DNA from: the human T2T-CHM13v2.0 reference genome, Homo sapiens
Reading direction: 5' to 3' (one strand)
DNA length: 64,000 bases
Assembly (NCBI RefSeq): GCF_009914755.1
Contig: NC_060935.1
Positions 56,063 through 64,000 of this stretch are shown here, one piece after another. Both the position numbers and the translations under genes were made by a program. Numbering within the stretch: the first letter of the stretch is position 1; every line of letters begins with the position of its first letter. Below the pieces are notes generated by a model, which had not been told where the DNA came from, did not search any database, and worked only from the letters and a program-made list of their open reading frames with translations.

Positions 56063-56941
56063 TAAGACTTTCTCTTTTTTTTCTTACTTTAAGTTCCAGG
56101 ATACATGTGCAGAATGTGTAGGTTTGTTACATAGATATACATATGCCATGGTGGTTTGCTGCACCTATCAACCCGTCATCTAGGTTTTAAGCCCCACATG
56201 CATTAGGTATTTGTCCTAATGCTCTTCCTCCCCTTGCCCTCCACCCCTCAATAGGCCCTGGTGTGTGTTGTTCCCCTCCCTGTGTCCATGTGTTCTCATT
56301 GTTCAACTCCCACTTATGAGTGAGAACATGCAGTGTTTGGTTTTCTGTTCCTGTGTTAGTTTGCTGAGAGAAATGGCTTCCAGCTTCATCCATGTCCCTG
56401 CAAAGGACATGAATGAATAGTACTTTTTTTTGGCTGCATAGTATTCCATGGTGTATATGTGCCACATTTTCTTTATCCAGGGCATTTGGGTTGGTTCCAA
56501 GTCTTTGCTATTGTAAATAGTGCTGCAATAAACATATGTGTGCATGTGTCTTTATAGTAGAATGATTTATAATCCTTTGGGATTTTTTATGGCTGCATAG
56601 TATTCCATGGTGTATATGTGCCACATTTTCTTTATCCAGGGCATTTGGGTTGATTCCAAGTCTTTGCTATTGTAAATAGTGCTGCAACAAACATACATGT
56701 GCATGTGTCTTTATAGTAGAATGATTTATAATCCTTTGGGTATATACCCAGTAATGGGATTGCTGGGTCAAATGGTATTTCTGGTTCTAGATCCTTGAGG
56801 AATCACTACACTGTCTTCCACAATGGTTGAACTAATTTACACTCCCACCAACAGTGTAAAACCATTCCTATTTCTCCACAGTCTTGCCAGCATCTGTGTT
56901 TCCTGACTTTTTAATAATTGCCATTCTGACTGGCATGAGAT
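56026..56941 (-). mobile_element. 5'-truncated L1PA8-like LINE-1 with (TTA)n and an internal 159-bp tandem duplication
   Basis: TAGGTTTTAAGCCCCACATGCATTAGG in the 3' UTR. TSD ACATCAGCTATTATTA at 56018 and 56942. Confidence 0.92.
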
Positions 56942-57559
56942 ACATCAGCTATTATTATTATTATCTACTATATGTGGAGTTCTCCTCAAGGGCTTCTTCC
57001 TGGGCTTTCCATACTACCATGCATTAGTGATTAGCTGAAAAGACAGTGCTGTTTCAGGATGGGACTGAGAAGCAAGTCAATTGGCCAGCCATGCTGAGAT
57101 GGCCTATGGGGTAGAGGTTCCCTGGTGTTCTCTGGCTGGGAGCTACAAAGTCTTCTCTTGTAGCTGTACATTGGAAACCTCAGACAGACTTCAGCCCTTC
57201 TCAGACTTCCAGCTTCCAGGCTCCGACCCGGTTGGGGTACCTTGACTTCCTGAGAATCTTGCTTGATTGCTAATTTAGACAGTGCCCTCACTCGTGTCCC
57301 TGTGGCTCAAATGGCAGGGCCTGGGTGACATCTGACAGGTAAAGTGAACCCAGGGTAGTTTAAGAAGGGCCAGACGCCACCTGTAGTGACACTAGGACTT
57401 GATTAGTCAATTGCTCCTGAAATCAGTAAAAGATCTTAAAAAATAAACAGGTTTCCCAGTCTTTGGGAAAAAACGCACAGTGAATAAATCCTCTGAATGC
57501 AGTATTTGCTTTAGGAAAATCCCAGAGACTCATGAGGCTCACCAGTATTTGTACTCTCT

Positions 57560-57930
57560 TTTTCTTGCTGGGCTGTGGCTGGACTATATTTTCCAGCCAT
57601 CATCGCTATTAGGTAAATAGGTGAGGAGGCACGTAACTGAGTTTAGGCCAATATAATATGAGTGGAAGAGTGGATGAGGCCTATTTCCAGCCCTGATCCA
57701 TAAGAACCTACCATTTCTGATCATCTTTCTCTCCTCCAGTTTACCAGTGGGCTGGAGAGGATTCCAAAGAGATGGGGTCCTAGGATGCAAGGCGTCTGGG
57801 TCTTTGCATGACCATGTGTTCTTGTCTTGTGAAATGATGATCCTGTCTTGTAAGAAACAGAGCATAATGGTATGGCACCACTGAGATTTGGGGGTTGTCA
57901 CTCTAGCAGCTAGCTTTATTTACCCTCATA
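57560..57930 (+). mobile_element. MLT1J-like LTR
   Basis: GACTATATTTTCCAGCC...GTAACTGAGTTTAGGCCAAT...CCACTGAGATTTGGGGTTG. Confidence 0.6.
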
Positions 57931-57935
57931 CAGTT

Positions 57936-58294
57936 TGATATGGTTTGGCTGTGTCCCCACCCAAATCTCATCTTGAATTGAAGCTCCCATAATTCCCATG
58001 TGTTGTGGGAGGGACCGGTGGGAGATAATTGAATCATGGGGGTTGTTTCACCCATACTGTTCTCATGGTAGTGAATAAGTCTCACGAGATCTGATGGTTT
58101 TATAAGGGGAAACCCCTTTGACTTGGTTCTCATTCTTTCTTGCCACCGCCATGTAAAAATTGTCTTTCACCTTCCACCATGATTGTGAGGCCTCCCCAGC
58201 CATGAGGAACTGTGAGTCCACTAAACCTCTTTTCTTTATAAATTACATAGTCTCAGATATGTCTTTATCAGGAGCATGAAAACAGACTAATACA
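57936..58294 (+). mobile_element. THE1B/C solo LTR
   Basis: TGATATGGTTTGGCTGTGTCCCCACCCAAATCTCATCTTGAATTG...GACTAATACA. Flanks CAGTT/TGGTT fit a CpG-decayed 5-bp TSD. Confidence 0.92.
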
Positions 58295-58749
58295 TGGTTT
58301 ATTTAAGATTATACTTTGTTCACATGCTGCAAATGGATGTCCCAATTCTGGGTAGATAGTATAGGTGAATGTGATAACATCTTGTATTTCAATGTGTACT
58401 CTTTTTTCCTTTTGGTCAAGGCCATTGGTGATTGGTTGTTTTGTTGTAAGAAGGCTTCAAAAGTCATTCATTTTAAGTATGTTTCTCACCCATATCTGTT
58501 CTCTACTCTCATCCCTCACCCTTCCACATTTTGATGGCCTTACTGTCATCAAAGTGGCATTGGATTTATACTGTGTTGTTAAAGGATGAAGAATCTTAGA
58601 TTTCTAAGCTGTGGGGAAATTAATAAAATATCAAAAATTGAAACCAAGGATGATGTAACCCTAAAGAATAGTTCTCTTTTGAATACATCTTTTCAGTTTC
58701 TTTCTAATACACAAACTTACATACATATACATCCAGTTATTGATAACAG

Positions 58750-58950
58750 TATTAGCTAGAATTTATTGAGTGATTGCTGCATGTTGGGCATTTTTAAATT
58801 TTAAATATTTTTAATTCTCAGAGTAGCTCTGTAAAATGGGCATTGTTATTCTCATTTTCAAATAGGGAAGCTGGGGTTCAGAGTCATAAATTTGTCTAAG
58901 ATGACACAGCAGCAATGCACTCAAATCCATACCTGCTCTGACCCAGATCT
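58750..58950 (-). mobile_element. MIR
   Basis: TTTATTGAGTG...TTATTCTCATTTTCAAATAGGGAAGCTGGGGTTCAGAG. Confidence 0.6.
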
Positions 58951-59964
58951 TGCCTGTTGTCTTATATTACCCTATAGTGTGTTATCTTTATTCTGTGGAT
59001 AGAAATTTTTGGAGCCTCTGGCTAGAGACCTTGACCCTGGGATTGGTGACCCTCCCTTTCCATGACTTGTCCAATAAAAAGGCACAAGACTCTCTAGACC
59101 AGCAGACTCTACATAGGCCTCTCTGAAGGGTCTCAAATCAGGCCCAGAGAGTTTTGTACCTGCCTGTCCCATCTATTGCATTGTCTACCTTCAGCATCCA
59201 TGAGTTCCTGAGTGCATTTTTGTTAGGACCTTGGTCCCAAGCAGATTCCTGTCTTTCAAGGGCACTGGAATGGCTAGGATGGGAAAATGACAGCCTCTTT
59301 GGGGCCAGTGATGGTCCAGTAGAGGGGCACAAGAGGAAAGATGATTAGAAGGTGAAATAGAGAGGATACATTGGTCACTGTGCAGGTAAGGCAGGTTGGG
59401 GGGAAAGGGGGAGTCATGGGTGTTGCCAGGTTTTTGCCTTGGGCCACTGGGTAGGCAGCATACACAGGAAAGGACCAGCCTTAAGGGCAAATATAAAGGA
59501 AGCTGGCATCCATGTGTGCTTCCCATATACCACCCTTTCTTGAGATGTTACACAACTTCCTGTAGGCTTTTCTGGACCACATTATCAGGGAAGAGTTTGC
59601 AGTGGCCCTCAGGACCCTTTACTGAATTTTAACCAATTGTAACATAAAAGCTAAAAGATGGATTGGTTCATGTTTTTCATCACACAATGTGTCTGTGTTT
59701 CATGAAGCTCATTTATGGCAACGTGTACCTTTGCTGGCTGCCATGAGTGTTTTTCTTCTGTGAATATTGTTTCTTTACATATTTATATTTATCACATTTA
59801 ATCACACATACAAGGCATTCTCCAAAATAGTTTCTTAAAAGGCAACTTAGAGACATATTTGGAAATGAAATTGAGAGGCAATTTTTTTTTTTTTAGCTTT
59901 TGCTTTTTATGTAACGGGACTAATTTTTCTCGAGCCTTGATTGTCTCAGCCACTGGTTCCCATA

Positions 59965-60125
59965 CAAAACTGCTCATCAAGATCACCTGGGAAGCTTTTA
60001 ATAGACACAGTTTCTTGCCATGACACCCTCTCCCAGGGGGTTCTGATTCACTGGGGATGTGGCCTCTGCAATTTAAGTTCGTCAGAAAATTCCGATGAGC
60101 AGGCAGGTTTGGGAATCACTCATCC
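59965..60125 (+). mobile_element. MER5-type hAT fragment
   Basis: GATCACCTGGGAAGCTTTTAA...TTCTGATTCA...GCAGGCAGGTTTGGGAATCACT. Confidence 0.55.
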
Positions 60126-62399
60126 GAGCCACAGTCTCCAGATTTATAACCCTAGCTTTGGATGCATCAGCATTTTATTTTCTTTGAAGAATACATGGGC
60201 ATTTTAGGGTAGAAGTAAATGGTGTTTATTAACAAAAACTAATATTAAATTACTGCATACTTGCTATTGGGATAGGTTCTTTTTAAATAATTATCTTACT
60301 TAATGTTATCCTCACTGATAAGTTATAGAGCATCTTCATGTTCCAAAGCCAAGAAAATGGAAACTAAAAGAGGCTGAAGAAATCTTTGAATGACTAGTTC
60401 AGGTGATCAAGTGGAGGAATGTAGTTAGAACTGAAATATTTCTGACTCTAAAAGGAAGCCTGTCTCTGAGCCACTACCCTGGGTTGCCAGTTTGTGGGAT
60501 TAGTGATGCTTCCAGAATTTCTCAGTTGCTTTTTGCCCTTTGGAGAAAAGATGCCTTCCTCTGTTATGAGTGGGAGGGCAGTAAGTCAAGGCAAACACAT
60601 CCTACAATTGCTGAGCGCTCTAGTGAAGAAAAATGTTGTTATTTCCCTGCCAAAAGAGCTAGAGAGAAGAAGATCCTTGTTAGGAAAGACAAAAGCAGAG
60701 AACAAAAGCAAAACACAGAATGATGCTTTCCTCCTAGACACTTGAACCCACTAAGATCTTTTATTCTTATCTTTTTATCAGAGTCAGGATTGATTTAAGT
60801 TTATTAATGATAAATAACATCTTTTATTGCACAGTTAATGTATCCAGTGAAACTATACCCATATGATGCTTCTGTTTGCATTGTCATAAATCAATGAGAG
60901 ACTGTTAATAGTAGCACTGGCTTAATCACTCTGATGCCTCTTGTTGCTAATGGGGATTGTAAAAATAGAGGTGTGAAGCAATGTGTTTTCTGAAACTTGT
61001 CAGGCTTGAATGGAGCAGAAGCATGGGCCTGGAAAGCAAGACCCATAACAGCCTTTGGGATGAGGATGTGATGATAACAGCTTCCATCACTTTGCTTTTG
61101 CATGGCTGTTTATGAAGCATTTTCCTTTAACCTTCCAAGAGTCCTGGAAGGCAGGAGTTTTGTCCTCCACCCTGCAGGTGAGGAGACCTAGGCAGACTCC
61201 TGGTCCAGAGCTTTCTCCTCACTCTGGGCCCAGACGGACCTGTGCCACTTACATTTGTTCTTTGGAGCCCACTGATGCTTCCCAAAGACTTCTGGAGCCT
61301 GCAGTTTTTCAAAGGGCCAGATGCAAAGTGAGGTAGGCTGAGATTCCAGGGCAGCTGCAGGCTGCACAAACATACTTCAAGCATTGGTTAAAAGGAAACG
61401 GAGAAGCAGAATGGTCATTAAGCACCTCAGAGGGGAATTTGCCATAAATTCTCAGCCTTTTCAATAGCTTGGCTTTATTAGGGCATGAGCCAGTGATATT
61501 TTTCTTCATTTCCTAACTTAGTGCTCACACAAGGATTATTACTTTGTAATATTTAGTTTTCTTGGCATTGTAGCTGAATTAAATGAAGACCAAGTGAGAG
61601 CTGGAAGGAAAGAACTCCTCCCCTCTGATCTACCTTCTCAGCCCAGTTTCCTGTTTTTAATTAACACAGTGGCGAACGTAAGAACTGACCCACATGCTGT
61701 GGGCCTTCATAGAACCAGGACAGGCCTTGCAGAAATGAAGAAAAATATCATTTAAAGTGTTTCTTAAATTGGATTGCTCCTTTTTTTTTTTTTTTTTTCT
61801 AGCAGGCCTGTGTGCCAGGCACCCATGTGATTTTCTTGTTAGAAATAGGCTGAGTGGGGGAGGAGAGACATGCAGAATATTTTTTTTTCTTTTTGTGTGT
61901 GTGTGTGTGTTTTATTAACTCTGGAGTGCGTTAATTTCATCACACTCCCAATTCCAATTTATCTGCATCTCTGAGACTAACTGGCAGCTGGAGCTGTGAG
62001 TGCTGGGACCAGGTGGGGCTAGAGGCTCTGTAGAATTTAGACAGGAATTTTACATCAGAACTAGACACAGATTTAGTAAGAGTGTGGGGACAACCATTGG
62101 AGTTCTATGGAAATTGGCAAGCAGTTGATCCTGCAAATGGCTTGGCCCAGAGAAATCTCAGTACCCCAGGAAGAAGGATGACATCATTCTTGTGGACACT
62201 TCTGGTTCCCCTGGTGCCTAAGAGGCCAATAAAGAGCTGAGCACTGGTCCAGCAGCCTCTCTCTTTGAGGGTCCTGGGGTGCCGGGCACTTTCCTCCTGC
62301 AGCCTTGGCAGGACCTGCAACCTGCCTGCTTTTGTATTACCAGCCCTTGGAGAAAGAGACTCTGTCCTGTTTGCCATCAACCAGACCTGATCCCACTGA

Positions 62400-63480
62400 G
62401 CCAACAGAGAAAAAGAACATGCATCTGAAAGATCCTACCAGCTGGAGAAAGATGAGTCACAACCAACAGAACACAATCTCAGCAAAACAGAGCTGTTGGA
62501 GGAAATGAGTAAAAAAGCAATAAGAAAACCTAAAGAAATTTAAGTGCATTTCAAAAGGACTTTCTAAAGGAAAGAAAAGTCGTCACCAATTTAGTAGATG
62601 TAACTGAAGGAGTTAATGGTCACTGTTGAGGGCCACCCATGTTGGTGGCTTAGAGGATCAAAGCACAGAGCAAAATCCGATGGAAATCATGAGAAAAAAG
62701 CAGATAAAATCATGAGAAAAAATGAGAGAGAGACTGGGAGAATGGAACCAGGGGACAACTTGGAATGAATAGGATTTACAATAGGATACAAAGGAACAGT
62801 TAAAGAAGAGGCAATAATTAAATATATAAGAAAAATTTCTGAAAAGACTTGAGTCTATATATGGAAGGGTCTAGCCAAGTTCCAGGTCAGGTTGATGAAA
62901 AAAGTGAGACCCAACATACTCTACTAAAAATTCCTGAACTCTAAATACCACAAGAAAATCCTGTAAGTTTTTAGACAGGAAGAACAGATTACTTATAAGG
63001 GAATAAGAGGAAGATTAGCATCAGACTTCTCATCTGGAAGCTAGAAGATACTGGAGTGAAAACTATAGCAACTACACAACCTAAGAATCCAATGTCCAGC
63101 CAAGATATTCCCCCATCAAGGCCAAAAAAAAAAAAAAAAAAAAAAAAAAAACCCAAAAAACAAAAACAAACAAATGAAAAAACCAAACAAACAAACTACC
63201 ATGATTTGAAGACATGCAATCCTCTAGCGTATATTTCACTCCCATTCACTATCTCAGCAAAATACTTGAAAAAGACTCAAAACAAATAGCAAATGAACTA
63301 GACTGGGAAGAAAATGAAGTGGAGAGGAAACAGTATTGAGCAAAGAACCTTGCTCTCTGTAGATCCTGAACCAGTAAGCAGTCTGCATCCCTGGAGCTGG
63401 AAGTGTAGGAGCAGAGAGGAGACCAAGACTTGGAGAAAGAATTTCCAATGAAAATAGGCCGCAAAACTAAACAGGTTCTT
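62400..63480 (+). mobile_element. Ancient L1 ORF1-like / HAL1 remnant with internal A-rich tract (63124-63195)
   Basis: AAAATCCTGTAAG...ACTTATAAGGGAA...AGATTAGCATCAGACTTCTCA...GAAGCTAGAAGA..TGGAG matches degenerate ORF1 C-terminal coding sequence. Confidence 0.6.
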
Positions 63481-63579
63481 AACTCAGATTTATCTAATAG
63501 TTAAAGAAAGATAGTTGCAATGTTAAATAAACTTTTCTATATCGTGAAAAAATGAAGAAGATGTTAATTCACTTTATAA

Positions 63580-64000
63580 TAGATTCCATCTTATTTTAAT
63601 ACTCAGCTCTAATAAAGTATAATTGAAAATTTAAAAACTATAAATCAATCTAACTTAAGAGTACTGATGCAAAAAATAAAATAAACAGCAGATAGAATCT
63701 AGTGGAGTTTTAAAAGAATACTGTACTGTGATCTAATAAGATTTATTTTAGAAATGCAAGAAAAGATGGATATAAATATCTGTATCAGTATAACTCTAAC
63801 GAACAAATGGAAAGAGATTAAAAGAGCTAACTGAAACAGAAAAATTACAAAATTACATTAGTAGATTTTGGAAAGGCATTTTATAAAATTCTTATAAAAG
63901 ACAGTTAAGTAATACAGGAATAGAAGTAAACAACCTAAATATAATAAAGATCAGTCATGATACCTACCAGCAAGTATTACCTTAAGTGACAAAACACTAC
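63580..64000 (+). mobile_element. Ancient L1M ORF2 (RT) remnant
   Basis: AAAACTATAAATCAATC...GATGCAAAAA...GAAATGCAAG...GAAAGGCATTTTATAAAATT...GGAATAGAAG is collinear with the L1 NYRPISL..DAK..GMQ..EKAFDKI..GIEG region. Confidence 0.65.

Overview
Primate (very likely human, 11q22.3) genomic DNA, CpG-depleted and repeat-rich. The only protein-coding segment I can support is the terminal exon of the DEAD-box RNA helicase gene DDX10 on the + strand. Its acceptor AG is at 16629-16630, it encodes ...DTKKKQGMKKRSNSEVEDVGPTSHNRKKARWDTLEPLDTGLSLAEDEELVLHLLRSQS* with the stop at 16806-16808, and AATAAA is at 17287-17292. Bases 1-16630 are the distal part of the last intron, and about 17.3-64 kb is downstream intergenic DNA. 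The window is dense with Alu (J/S/Y and monomers), L1 (PA7/8/16, MB-ME), L2, MIR, CR1/L3, MaLR/ERV LTRs and DNA transposons (near-full-length HSMAR1, MER44, MER5, MER58). Nearly all long ORFs in the supplied track are repeat-derived or chance. I do not see a new multi-gene system. The most notable unexplained structures are: (1) two independent templated insertions of different ages, copied from one intronic donor with junctions at the same 15-bp motif; (2) two L1 insertions whose TSDs enclose extra 3' sequence, i.e. candidate 3' transductions, one carrying an AT-rich palindrome; (3) a canonical UHM-ligand motif (RKKARWD) in the DDX10 tail; (4) a PBX/HOX/MEIS motif cluster that may be an enhancer. 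Repeat subfamily calls come from recalled consensus features, not a RepeatMasker run, and boundaries of old repeats are approximate.
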